A stretch of DNA of 64,000 bases, taken from assembly GCA_012295275.1 (NCBI GenBank), contig CM022667.1:806001-870000 (forward strand), written 5' to 3'. Shown in pieces: positions 42,859 through 56,639 of the stretch (position 1 is the stretch's first letter; each line of letters begins with the position of its first letter). The position numbers and the translations under genes were made by a program. The notes under the pieces were generated by a model. That model was not told where the DNA came from. It worked only from the letters and a program-made list of their open reading frames with translations, and made no database searches. Origin of the DNA: Chrysomallon squamiferum (Eukaryota; Animalia; Mollusca).

Positions 42859-45026
42859 TAAAATAAAACAAAATAATAATAATAATAATAAATAATAATA
42901 ATAATAGTGATAATAATGATGATGATAATAATAATAATAATATAATAATAGCATTAACAATAAGAGAAAGAGCAGTGGTAGTAGCAGTGGTAGTAATAAT
43001 AGTAAAACAACAACAACAACAACAGCATGAATAACTACAACAATAACAAGAATAACAATAGCAACAATAATAATAATAATAGTAATAACCACAGCAATGG
43101 TGTTAACAGTAACAATAACTGTGGCTTAAAATTCAGCGGAGACTATTAAATCAAATTTAATTTCATCTTCCTATCTAATTATTCATCATTCAGCTAACCT
43201 TCTTGACCAGTGGCATAGAGGGTGGAAACAAGGACCCTCCCACATTGTTTTCTTATAGTTTTGTATTAATGTATAATTCTAGTTCAGGTTCAGTAGCTTG
43301 AAAACTCCCTCTGTGCTTATCTTCCATGACTCTTTGATTATTCTAGCATGAATGAATGAATGAATGTTTAATGACAACACAGCACAAAAAAATATATCGG
43401 TTATTGGGTGTCAAACTGTGTTAAATATAGCAAAATGGTGAATATTTTCTATATGAAAATTCAAGATTAAAAAGAGTCATAACACAGTGTAAAAAGATAT
43501 GCCAAAAAAAATGACAGTTTATTTAAATCATAATTTAGAGTAAAATTCTAAAACTATCAGAAATTTTAGAACATGTTCAGGATGAAATCGAAATGCTTCC
43601 ATCACTATTATTTTAGCTACTATATTAAATATATATGTTATATATTAAATTTAACAATAAATAAACACACCTGATTCTTTTTGGGTCATTGTTGCTTTTT
43701 TTTCTTCTTTTTTTTTTTTTTTCTGATTTTCTGTATTATATTTAATTATAAATAATTAATATTATAAACTGATTTTTTCCACTTTATAGAAAATGTCCAG
43801 TGACTACTATTCTAAGCAGAACTTTGATCAGCAGAGAGAAGAACAAGATGCTGAAGACATTGCCAATCTTCTGTGAGTGAAACTGAGTCGTATTCAGTAA
43901 TTTTTACTTCAATGCTTTCCTTTTGATGCTAGAGATATTGGTGATGGCTGTTGTCAAAAATGAATCTGTTTAAAAGTTATTTTTGAATCTGTTTATTTCA
44001 TGAATCAAAAAAAATATAATGAATATTTTTATTCATTTGTTTATTCATAAATTAATGGATATTTTAAAAAAAATCATATTTATTCATCTCAATGAATATT
44101 TTAAAGTTATTTATATGAATTAATAAATGTTTCTAAATTTTTAATTAGTCTTACCTGATATTAAATGAATGATTTAAGCAATATTAGTTTAATACCTGGA
44201 ACTGCACCCTGGTAAAGATTTTACTTCAGAGCAGTATAAGGATTAGAGATAAAGTTTTTAATCTTTGATTATATGATATCTTACTGCCAAAATACAATGG
44301 TCACTTTTTTCATTTATTTATTTTCTTTTTCAATGTTTTTAAAAACATCTGCACCTTTCTTGAGACATTGCAGCACATACCACAGCTTCTTATAAACCAC
44401 TAATGAGGCACTGGCTGAAAGTTTGAGTAGATCCCATAAAAAAATAAACCCTTGATGTGTGATAATGAAAAGGTTTATACTGATGAACCCTAAAATTCCA
44501 TCAGCCTATTTCAGCCACATATATGGCTTTTGTAAAATATTATTGTACAATAAACTCTATTGTTATGGTGAATATTCTGTAGATAGAGTTCCATGTTATG
44601 AATATGTAAGTGATATAAGCAACCTGAGTATCCTTGGTGTGTGTTCCTAGAACAACACTCTTATACATAGGGAAGGCAACTGTTTATATATAGAATACTG
44701 AAATGTGTAAATGGATTAAAATATCAGGATAGCATGTGAAAGTGAAAGCATTCTATTTCTACTGTGTAGTAAAAGCAGTTTAATAAGCAATGTGTTTTAC
44801 TATCACTGAACATCCATCCATCCATCCACTGACTGACTGACTGTCTGTATGTTTAACAACAGGCGAGAGAAATCACACTTGGAGGACATTCGTAAAGTGG
44901 AGGAGACGAAGACGCCCAGAAGAAGACAGATGACGGCCAGGGAGAGAATGCGTCTGAGAAAACTGGAGGAGGCAGACAAAAAAGCAGAGAATCTGAAGTA
45001 AACCTTTTCTTCTTTGTCTGTCTGGC

Positions 45027-45083
<57 letters not shown>

Positions 45084-47544
45084 ATGTGTTTGTGTTTAGT
45101 CTGTGTGTGTGTGAGCAAGAGATATGAATGTATGCATGTCCTTGTGTGTGTGTGAACAAGAGATAAGATATTATGAATGTATGCATGTCCTTATGTGTGT
45201 GTTAACAAGAGATAAGACATTATAAATGTATGCATGTCCTTATGTGTGTGTGTTAACAAGAGATAAGACATTATGAATGTATGCATGTCCTTATGTGTGT
45301 GTGTGTGTGTTAACAAGTGATAAGACATTATGAATGTATGCATGTCCTTGTGTGTGTTTGTGTGTTGTTGAACAAGAAATAAGACAATATGAATATATGC
45401 ATGTCCTTGTGTGTGTGTGTGTGTGTATGTGTATTGTATATTATGTTCAATATTGTGTTCAAGTATGTATAGATGTCGGTGTGTATATATATATGTGTGT
45501 GTATATATATATATATATATACATATTAGGTGTATATATATATATATATGTGTATGTATTTATATATTTATATGTGTGTATATTTCTGTGTGTGTGTGTG
45601 TATCTGTGTGTGCACATAAGTATATATGTCTGGGTGTGTATGTTTCCATATATGTGTAAATGTCTGTGTATCTATAAATATAATTATATGCATTTTTTGT
45701 ATTGTTCTTAAGTGTGTGTGTGTGTGTGTCTGTCTGTCTGTCTTAGGGTATCAGGAATAATTTTGGATTAGCAGCACATGGTTTTTTTCTTACTAAATTA
45801 TTGCCATATAGTTTTTTCATTCTGTTTTGAACAGAGTTCACAGAAATTTAGCAGAGCAATACAACTGATCTAATTTCATTTCAGGCAGCACACAAAAATA
45901 CAACTGATTGAAAACAAACAACGCACCAGTGCCATCAAGCAAAGTCTTAATAAAACTACTGTAAGTTGGTCTTTGAACTGTTGGCTTTTTCAATGCTGAT
46001 TCTGTGAGACAGGCAACTGCTGTGTGAATTCTGAAATTCTCAGAAAGTTAAAAAAAACAAATAATTAAAAATTTCTGGAGTCATGCTGATTAGGGAATAC
46101 ATGTTGTAATGGAAATGGGAATTTCTATTTGGAATCTGGCATATCAATTTGAAAAGTTTCTTCATTTCATTATCAATGTGTTTTCTGAGAATTTTTTTTT
46201 TTATTGGCTTTGTAATGGGTTTTCTTTATTGATTTATTTTTTTTTATATTCAGGTTCCTGTCTGGGCATTTGGCAAAGGAGAAGGGGAAAGAGTGAAGGA
46301 GGCACTGACAATAAAACCTGAGAAACTGAATGGAAGAAAATCATATGTCGACCCATACAAATCAAAATTAATGGCAGGTATGTCTTTCACAGGAGTTTAT
46401 GATTTTTCAGTGGTTACAGTTAAAAGGTATGAAACCATCATTTATTATATAATAATAATAATAATGTGTATATGTGTGCGTACGTGTGTGTATATATACA
46501 CACACGTACAAACACTGTATAAAATGATTATGATAAGCTATTGTTATAAGTGAGCAGCATGGTATTTTTTAAATATAGTTGCATCTGCATATGTCACTGC
46601 CTTTATTAATAATGGGGTGCTGGTTAGTTTGGGAAATAAAATGCAAGCAAATGCCAACATTAAAGTAATTGTTTGTACTCTTTATTCTTGTTGTTTTTAT
46701 TCTTGTTGTTCTTCTATGTCAGATTCAGCTGATAATCATCATGATGATACGTGCTTTTGTTTTTATTCGAACATTTAAATATTAAAAATAGTCTCTATTT
46801 TAATTCAAGCTGTATTTGTTGTAAGTGCTCATAGTGCTAATAGATAAATAAATAAATATACATATATACATTCGTACATACATACATACATACATACACA
46901 CATACATACATACACACATACATACATATATATATATATTTTTAATTATTTTGTTTATATTTTTTTTTTATTTTTTTTATATTATTTTTACATTATTTCC
47001 AGAAATAGAAAATTCCACAGATTACGATGATGATGAGGATATACAGTTTAACACAGTGATACCTCGGCCCACTTTAACATCATCGTCGTCAACGCTTACA
47101 CCATTCGGTGCTCAGATGGACCCCTCAGACAGACCTATAACCCCCATGAAGGACACAATGGTATATGACCCCAGAAACTCATCATTAGACTTTAAGGATG
47201 GTAAGGGACGTGACCTAGGGTTTTGGGGTTGTTCAGGTTTTGTTTTATTAATTTTTTCAAATTACTGTTTTTAGTACTCTGTTTTATAATTGTTATTCAT
47301 ATTACTAAATTATTTATTTAAACTTTTAAACTTTTGTTGTTACTACTACTGTTTGTTACTTTTAATATTGATGTGACTTCCACCTTTACCATTATTATAA
47401 ACTAAATTCAAAAGATAGAAATTAAGAAATAATAATTACTTGGAATGTTTTGAATTTTTTTTTTATTTTTTATAAATCTGTCTACTGCATATGCATATTA
47501 ATTAAAAGTATTAAATACCTGTAAAAATATATATATATATCATC

Positions 47545-47599
<55 letters not shown>

Positions 47600-49407
47600 T
47601 AATGCTCTGTTTTAGGAATACCTGATCAACCTGAACTTGCCAACACCTACTATTTCAATTTGAATTTGATCCAGATGATGATAAAGAAGGTGATGAGGAC
47701 AATCATGCAATAATGATGATGCTGAAATATATATTTTTTTGAATGTTTTGAAGAACAGAATGGATATTACATTTATTAACTGTCTTCAAGTTATGCTTTT
47801 TTTCCTTATAAATCTGGTAACTATCATGCAGATGTATGAATTACACAAAACATTAAAGACCTGAAAAGTTTAGGACTTAAATGTATATATATATTTATTA
47901 ATCTGTGTTTTAAAAAAACCTTTCTTGTTTCATGTCCATATTATAAATTTGGATGAAGGTGTGATGATGTATATAGTGATGAGGAGTTTGTATGCTATGA
48001 TGCTGTTTGATGACAATGATGAAGGTACACTGGTTCCAGGTGACGAAGAAGAGGAATTTATTAACTGTCTTCAGGGAGCTTTGGATAAAAGTGATGGAGG
48101 TAAGTATCATGCAGATGTATGAAGTACACAAGGATAGAAGTATCTGAGATGTGATGAGTTTAGGACTTAAATGTAATATACTTCTCTGTGTATTAAAATA
48201 AAGCATTTCTTGTTTCATATCCATATTATAAATAAAGGATGAAGGTGTATGTATGTATATATGTATGTGTACAGTTTGTATGTTATATAAAGTTTGCATA
48301 CACTGTACTTTAAGAAATGTAAGCTGTCACTGCTTCATCTGCTTGGAAAAAACATTATGAAGACAACAAAAAAAAAATGAAGACATTTCAGATATAAAAC
48401 AAATAATGCTGAACTAAGTTACAGGGTTTCATTATTGTCATATATATATATATATAGTGCATTAATTTGTATTAAATAATAAATTCAATTTGTACTGTAT
48501 TAATGCTATAGTAATAATAATAAAAGAAAAACATTATTATAACTATAGATTGTGTTCCTATTGTTTTACATTGACTGTATTAATATGTAACAAATAACAT
48601 TGTTTTACAGCAGGTACAATATCCCTGGAAGATGACACAATATCTGGTGCATTTGGACCTTTGGCAAGAGATGCCAAAATAAAGAGACTTAGGACGTATC
48701 CTTTCATTGTCCAAGAGGCACATTTTAAGACTATTTAACATTATTAACTATTCAGGGTTTTTAATTTAAAAATTGATGTTTTCATTTCACTCAATGCACA
48801 CATACACACTACATATAATAATACATATAATAATATATGTAAATGTATGTATTTTTATACACATACATAGACAAAATATACATACATATATATATCCAAG
48901 CTTAAAGTTAGTAGCAGTTTGTATACGAGTTAAACAGTAATAATAAATATAATATCAATAATAAAGATATTAGTAATAGTAGTATAGATAGTAGAATAGC
49001 AATAGTAATAATAGTTTAAAAGTAGTGACAGTGATAATAGTAACAGCACTAATAGTTGTAGTAGTAGTAGAAGAAGAAGTAGTAGTCATCATATTAGTAG
49101 TAAATAGTAATAACAACAGTAGTGCTAACAACAATATAATGGAAAATACCAACATATATTTATGTAATGTTAATATTTCTTTTCCTTAACCAGTTGTAGT
49201 GAGTGTGAAAAAATGCTGACCCCTGAAGTGTTTAAAAAGGCCTATGAGTACTTGAAGAATGCTCGACATGGTAAGGATAAGCAGGGCTGTAGTGAAAGAG
49301 AGATTATGGAAGGTCTGCGGAAATTCGTGAAAAACCCCTCAGACTGTTTTCCCATTGACCAGCTGCTGTTTCTAGAAGAACAAGTCCAAGTAGGAAAACT
49401 GAGCTAG
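38560..49407 (+). CDS. NEK11: NIMA-related serine/threonine kinase NEK11; exon 12 appears frameshifted or mis-assembled
   Basis: Exons 38560-38702, 39700-39865, 40419-40567, 41488-41649, 41846-41995, 42574-42652, 43790-43872, 44863-44997, 45885-45960, 46254-46377, 47003-47200, 47616-48099 (disrupted), 48611-48695, 49200-49407. Kinase motifs: [68 protein letters not shown]. Coiled coil [14 protein letters not shown]11-like tail [13 protein letters not shown] and [21 protein letters not shown]. Confidence 0.92.
39935..40217. mobile_element. Tigger4/MER46-like MITE, copy B (NEK11 intron 2)
   Basis: 5' AAGCATTCCTTAACTAAAAATGCTAGGGAACCAGGAATATTTCAGATT and 3' TTTTGGAGCTTTTGGGATTTTTAAATTTCAGATAAAGGATCCTCAACC resemble the termini of MER46/Tigger4 as I recall them. 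Similar to 36219-36557. Confidence 0.55.
40595..41070. repeat. Intronic minisatellite, ~35-50 bp variable units
   Basis: TTTAACATCCTTTATATGTTATATCTCAGATTCCA and CAGATACATAGCAGGTTTTTCCCTTTAACATC variants, repeated about 10 times. Confidence 0.85.
42063..42413 (-). repeat. Arm B of the inverted repeat pair (NEK11 intron 5)
   Basis: Reverse complement of 36628-36981. Confidence 0.93.
45105..45425. repeat. Minisatellite, ~45-55 bp unit with embedded (TG)n
   Basis: AACAAGAGATAAGACATTATGAATGTATGCATGTCCTTATGTGTGTGT repeated about 6 times. Confidence 0.88.
47700..48290. repeat. ~290-300 bp imperfect tandem duplication across the 3' part of NEK11 exon 12 and its donor
   Basis: ATTTATTAACTGTCTTCA, GGTAA(C/G)TATCATGCAGATGTATGAA, AGTTTAGGACTTAAATGTA and TTTCTTGTTTCAT(G/A)TCCATATTATAAAT..GGATGAAGGTGT each occur twice about 290-300 bp apart. 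The first copy is garbled. Confidence 0.8.
48696..49199 (+). other. U12-type (minor spliceosome) GT-AG intron of NEK11
   Basis: 5' site GTATCCTTT at 48696. Branch site TTTCCTTAAC at 49181-49190, about 10 nt from AG 49198-49199. No long polypyrimidine tract after the branch site. The frame is preserved (AC|T). Confidence 0.92.
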
Positions 49408-49484
49408 AAATGAGAGCTGTTTAGACGAGTGTGTTAATTTACTTTATTATTTTGTTTTATATTCAGCTGTTGAAGTTGTTGATG

Positions 49485-49523
<39 letters not shown>

Positions 49524-49610
49524 TTTTTTTTTTTTTTTTTTTTTAATTAATTTTTTTTTTATTATTTTTATTATTATATTATTTTTATTATTTTTATTAT
49601 TATATTATTA

Positions 49611-49645
<35 letters not shown>

Positions 49646-52600
49646 TTATTATTATTACTACTTTTTTTTTATATTTTGAGTGAGAAAGACAGAAAAGATC
49701 CAGTTATATTTATATAAAATTCACATATGATATAAAAAGAAAACAGACCACACTCACACTCACACACACACACACGTCTGTGAGTGTACATACATTCTTA
49801 AACAGATGATAATCAAGAAAAAAGCCTGCCTGTGATTTTCTGCAGCTTCATTTTAGCAAACATGGCTGCAAGTGATTATTTAATTAATGTTGGTATTTGA
49901 ATCTAAATACAAGAAAATCTTGTGTTAAGTAATTCCATGGAGTTTACTGCTTAGTAACATGAAGTATTTCATATCTGTATATATATGTGCATCAGTATGA
50001 GGTTATTTTTTTTTTCTTGGTATGTATATATTTATATATGTGTAATTTATATGTGTGTGTGTGTGTGTATACTTGAATAATATGTGTGTGTATATTTATA
50101 CTGCATGTGTGTGTATATGTAACACATGACTTCATTAATATGCATGTAACCAGTAACAATGTTTTGATACACAAATACATGTTTGCTTTTTGTAAAATGA
50201 TATGTGTGCAAGATGGTGTGAATATAATGGGGGGAAAAAATTTGTATCTGTAAATAATACAATACATTATTTTGCGTGATATTTTAAACAGAAGAATATC
50301 TGATTTACTTATTTAATAATTTTTAAAAAATATGTATGTTATGCAGAAGGCAGATTTGTGAAACTAAATGTAATGTCCATTCTGTTCTTGAAAACATTCC
50401 ATAAAAATTATTTTACTATAAGGCTTAATTTTTTATTTAATTTTTTATTTGCTTTACAAATAGTGTAATGAAAACAAATATATATATATAAATAATGATG
50501 ATTTTTCATATTAAATTAATTAAATATTTTATTGTCATTTGTATAATTGCTGATAACATGTGTTGTACATTTATATAGTTAATGTGATTATTTTTGCCTT
50601 TCTAGTAAATTTCATAAAGTTATTATTGCAAGACATTCCCTTTCAGTATATTTTTATAGGTTGAAATTATTTAACCTGGCACAGTTGGATACCTAAAAAT
50701 TACATGTTAAATAAAATGCAAAATCTTATAGTTTCTCTCCATTGTAATGCTTTATGCTAGTAAGTATGTCAGTGCTTAACACCAAGGTTTTCCTTGTTAT
50801 GTGAAACACTTCATGACAAAACTAATTTTAGAAAATAATTCAATAATAAATATTAGGGGAAAATTATTTTCCATTATTTATTTTACCTAGCTTGAAACTG
50901 AAAGGTTGCATTAATTAATGATACTGAAATAAAATATGTATACCCTTGTGTGTACATAATATAGATTAATGATAGAGTAATTAATCCTGTTAGTCACAGA
51001 ACTGATCTAAAAGACTGTATATGCAACCTTCTGTAATCTGCTGGTAACAGTATTGAAAATCTAAGAATCCATAGCATTTCTGTGCACTCTCATGTATAGC
51101 CATACTTAGTCATTGATTGATTTTGGGTTTTTTTTTGTTAGCAAATTAATGGTGATAGATTGAAATGTATATATCTGTTTTTATTTATATATGTAAAAAA
51201 AAATATATATATATATAGACAACATGAAAATAACAGAGATTTTTTTTATTGTGATTAATGGTAATTTTTTATCAGCAATTTAAATAATTAAAAATATGTT
51301 AGATTTCAAACATTTGCCTGACTTAAAGAATTTCTGTCTCAATTTTAATTTGTCTGTGATGATGCTTATAAACATATTGTCCATGAAAATGCAATTTTCT
51401 TCATTCCAGGACACAATTTAGTATATTTGTTTTCACGTTTTTAACATAATGAACTAAGGGGAAACAATCTCCCTGAAACTCTTGAATTTGTTTATTATTA
51501 CATCGTACTTTATTATTAGCAAAGGCTTGTGTCTGGCAATAAAATAATCACTACAAAGAATGCACAATATATTTATACCTTTTGTACATAATCACCAAGT
51601 TTTGAAATTAAATTATAAATCACAAACATTCAGACAGCCATTGTTTTGTTCATATCCATTATAATTTCAAAATGGAATTTTAACTTTTAACTTTCAGATG
51701 GTCATGGTTGTGATTGTAGCTTAACAGTTAAGAGATGAGTCTTTATGCTTCCTTCAAGATAAACAGCTTGTGTATGTTTATTACAGGTTTTGTCTCTGAT
51801 TGATTCACTGAGGCATCATGTCCATCATTTAATTGTACAGCAGGTAAAATCAGGACAGCCATCAGAAAAAAATGTAACAAAGAATGCCTAACATGGGCAT
51901 GTTTCTCATCAAAAGATGCAGGCATTGTTTGACAACAAAGAATGATTTGATTCTGCTGTTCAGATTTTATAGAGATACAGAATATCCAAAATTATTTATA
52001 ATTTAAATTTAATAAAAAAAATTATAATAATAAGAATTAAAAAAAATAATAATAATAGTAATAATTTAGTTTAGTAGTTAGTTTTTTAATTTTAATTTTT
52101 GTAATATATGTTTATTATAATTGTTATTATGTTATTGTTGTTATTATTTTATGATTTTGACTCCGAGTTCTGTAAGCAGAGAGTGCCAGATACTGTAAAT
52201 ACCTAGTCTGAGGTTTTGCTCATTAAAGACTTTGTTGTTAACAATTTTATTGACAGTAATTTTTTTACAACAGGATAGATTTGTTCTTTTTATTTTGCTC
52301 AGTGTAAATATGCATTTACTGTTGTTGTGTGTTTTTCAAATAAGTAATTTGTTTATTGTGTAATGTTGAATAATAATAAGAAGAAACCTAGATTCATATT
52401 TCTTATTTATTTATTTATTTATTTTATTTTATCTATTTATTTATAATCAAAATAAGATGTTGAATGAAATCCACATAATTTTTTAATTTAATTTAATTTT
52501 TTTTATTATTATTATTATTTTTTTTTTTTTTCCACTTGTATTGATTTTTATTAAAAGTTTATAGGATATTAAATGACAATTTTTGTTTCTTATGTGAAAT

Positions 52601-52860
52601 TTAGAGTACTTATTTTTATTAACTTCTTGGTTTATTTTTTTGGAGGAAGATGATCATAATCATGATGATGACAATGATGATGATGATCACTATTATTATT
52701 TTATTTTCATTATTTGATTTTTTAAAATTTTCTCTGGATCTACAGAATATACTTCTCAGGTAAGTTGACATGAAAAATGGTGCATAAACATTATAAAATA
52801 TGCTTTCAGTTTATAATACTGTTTAATTTTAATTTACCTTATTTATTAATTATTATTAGA

Positions 52861-52900
<40 letters not shown>

Positions 52901-52901
52901 A

Positions 52902-52934
<33 letters not shown>

Positions 52935-55792
52935 GTTTTTTCTGCTTTTTAATTATTTTAAAGTAATATTTGAAATAAGACCTCAATCATTTTAACCTGC
53001 ATTTAAAATATACTGAACAAAAAAAAAAAAAAAAAAAAAAGAAAGAAATAATAAATATATAAAATTAAAAGAAAAAATTAATTAAAAATGAAAGATTACA
53101 ATATTTTCCCACATAGAATAACAGTATTCATCCAGTGGATATGAATCACTGACAGAAAAAAAAAATGTCTAGTGTGGAAATAATTTACTGCTAGTTACAA
53201 ATCTGAAATCTTTAACACTTTCATTGCAAGTGTGTTATTTATCAAAATACTATGAACAAAAAAGCCACGATATGCCTTTTTTTTTCTTTTTCTTTTTTTT
53301 TTTGGTTCAGTATATATATGTATGTCATTTTAAACCAAAGATAATTTAATCTTGATGTTGTTTTTAAAAATGCTTTGGTATTTGTTAGTTTTGTTTCTTG
53401 TTCTCTTATGACAACCTGTTCTTTGTGTTATATAAGAAACAGATTTATATGATGAATGTAATAATAGCTTTAGTGATAATGGTTCCATTTAGAGTTTAAT
53501 AAGAAAAAATATTTTTATTTCTTTGAGTCCTTAACTGGATAGAGTTTAGTAAGTGGTTGAAGCTTGTTACTGAAAGGTAGTGTTTGGTGATTTGTCAGCA
53601 AGACAATTAGAAAATATTCCTTCAACATTCCTAACAGTAAATTTTATAAATAATTATAATATACATAACTTGTATGTTATTTTAGTACTTTCAGCTTTTT
53701 TGTAAAAAAATTCTTGAGAACTTAAACTTTTTATTATTATTATTATTTTTTATTTTTGTATTTATCTCAGAAAAAAATATTCTCAACAACTAAATAAGAT
53801 AAAGTAAATAAAATCAGAATTATGCTGAAATTGATTTTGAATATGTATTATTATTAATGGTTGGTTGTGATTATACAAGACCGTCCATATAATACACACA
53901 CATATGTAGCTGTGATATAACGTATTTAATCAGTATGTGTTTGGTATAGTTGGTAACAGTATTATTATATATGGATTTTTATTTTTTTGTTTATGTTTAT
54001 ACTAATTCAGGGTTGTGGCATTTTTATTCTTACACTGATACCACTGGGAAATGTAATTTGAGTTCTTGAAGGGTAATGCTGTAAATACGCTTGAAGTGGT
54101 GGCAGAAACATTTTGGTATGATGCACTGATTGGCAGATGATTTAAGTAATTTATTTTTATGAAAGGACTAAAACATATTGAAATTTAATGATGGAGAGAA
54201 GATGATGAATAAGAAGAAGAAGATGATGGTGATGATGATGATGATTATTTATTATTTGATGATGCGATAAAAATAATTTAGTATTTCAGCTATCCACATT
54301 AAACTGTATTCATTTTGATGGAGCATTCCTTTTTGTACATTTATATTTATTATATAATTGAAATAGACCATGCAACAGGGTTATTTAAAACTGATTACTG
54401 AACAGTTACTTTTATTTTATAGACAGATCATTATATCGAAACTTATATAAAACCATTATAACAAAATGGTAAAACTGTATGATGTTCGTCTCCAAAAAAT
54501 GTTTATTTGAGACCTGTATTACATTTCCTTCAATGACATAAAAACTTTTATATTGCAGTTATTAATAAAGAGTGAATATACATTATGTATGTATGTATGT
54601 ATGTATGTATGTACGTATGTATGTATGTATGTATGTATGTATGTTGATAAATATGGAAATAAGATAATAAGTTGCTACTGGAATCACTTGAATGCAAGAA
54701 AAAAACCCCATGAGAAATCTGAAACATTTCACTGCTGTTGTTTTCAGTTACATACTTACTGCCTGATGTATTTCTTTTGACCCCTTAGTTTTGTATTTAT
54801 TATTCTTCGTAGCAAATGTAAACATTCCAATTTTTTTTATAAATTATTTTACATAATTAAATAGAATGCTGGTTTTCATTTTTTTTTTTTTTTTAATATC
54901 AACGTAAGTTCCATGAACATAATTTCAGAACATATCATGGTCTTATTATTCCTGAGACGTTTTTTTTGTTGTTGTTGTTGTATTTTTTGGTAAATTTTTA
55001 AATTGTGTTTTCATTATTTAAAAGAAAAAAAATTTTGATTATGAAATAATGCTTAAAGATTTTTCCTTAAATTAATATTTTTCACTTATGAACCAAAATA
55101 AATCATTAATCTGCCTCAGCTTTTTTTTTGAATACAATTAAAATTCCTGTAAAAAAACAAAACAAAACAAAACACACACACACACACACACACACAAACA
55201 TGATATAATGTGTAAATAGTATTGTGATTGTGTTGTTTGGGAAACCAGTATTTGTAAATAAAATAGTATAACAATTGTGATAAAAATGTGTTTGTTTTTA
55301 TGTCGTACTCAGAGGAGGCCTCAACACACAAATAATTAACTAATTTGCGAGTGTGTATAATTAAACTATAACAGATTTAAAAATACCATAGTCCATAGCA
55401 TGTCTATCCAGTGATTAACAAATAATAAGAAGTCGGGGCCGATTCCTGGGGAGGGTAGTTCCTAGTTGCAAGGAAATCACCCTGGCAGGGCTAAATAAAT
55501 AAATAATAATAATAATAATTAAAAATTGAGTGTGTACCCTCATATATTCTGAATGACATTCGAGCTGAACTGGTCGCCAGCTTCACAGTATGGTTTTATT
55601 GACGCAGTGGATTTGGCGGCAAGCATTGGTGAAAACACAGCAACGCCAAAAAACAACTTATAAATATTTACATTTTGTTTAGGAACCCGATAGTCTGGAA
55701 GGGGCTGAGAGAGAGTTTAATACTTCGTATCAAACGAACTGACGGTTACTATAAATCCTTGATGGTACAGAGAGATCTCTCCTGGTTGTTTA

Positions 55793-55825
<33 letters not shown>

Positions 55826-55849
55826 TAATAAATAATCATAATAAACGAT

Positions 55850-55960
55850 TCCGCGCCTTGTTATATTATCTGTTACGTACATTTCCTCTGCATTATGGCG
55901 TCACTGAAGTATGACGTAGCATATAATAAGTAACACGTGGTAACCATTCTTACAGTAAGT
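55850..55960 (+). promoter_or_regulatory. Candidate promoter or non-coding first exon of the purple acid phosphatase gene
   Basis: CpG cluster with CRE half-sites (GCGTCA, TGACG), E-box CACGTG at 55934-55939 and donor-like GTAAGT at 55955. The phosphatase ATG is preceded directly by an acceptor (TTTTAACAG|C ATG), which implies an upstream exon. Confidence 0.35.
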
Positions 55961-56246
55961 TTGACGTTTATTTTATTTAATTTTCCACCCTTTCTTTAAT
56001 ATCCTAAAAATATATGTGGAATATTTACATTTTTCTTTGCTCACATATTTAATTTACAAGTTCGTTGTTTTTACGATGAAACATACAGTTCAACGTTTCC
56101 GAAAACTGAAAGATAGGCATTATGATTATTATTTTTGATATACATATATATATATATATTTTTTTTTTACCCTTTTCCCTTCTTCAGATGTTTGACAGGA
56201 TTGTTGTTGTTGTTGCTTTCTTTTTTCTTTTTTTTTCCACATCCAC

Positions 56247-56284
<38 letters not shown>

Positions 56285-56598
56285 TCTTTTTTTGTTTACT
56301 TTTTCTTTTCTTTACTTTTTGTTTTGACGATGAACTGAAATTAAAATCAATAAATATTTTTATAGCGCTAAACTTTTATATATAATTATTATATCACTAA
56401 TATCATATGCATATCGGTGTTCAAACACCCTCACGTAAATTTCTTACACGTACGATGACATAAAATATCAACAATGCACATCAAACTATGGTGTAAGTAA
56501 GTAGTGTTACGCACGTTCAATTGTAATACAAACAAATGATCAATTATTATTACAACTATGACGATAAACAAACGTTTATTTATTTATTTATTTATTTA

Positions 56599-56639
<41 letters not shown>

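Noticed and set aside
43349-44440. Fragments (TGAA)n-TGTTTAATGACAACACAGCAC.. and CAGCACATACCACAGC..CACTGGCTG resembling gastropod SINEs
   Set aside because: The resemblance rests on memory of other genomes, and the pieces are too short and degraded to delimit or to use for species assignment.
51743-51925. 60-aa minus-strand ORF, with an FFSDGC motif in an adjacent frame suggesting a transposase relic
   Set aside because: It is too short, is interrupted by stops, and has no further transposase motifs or TIRs.
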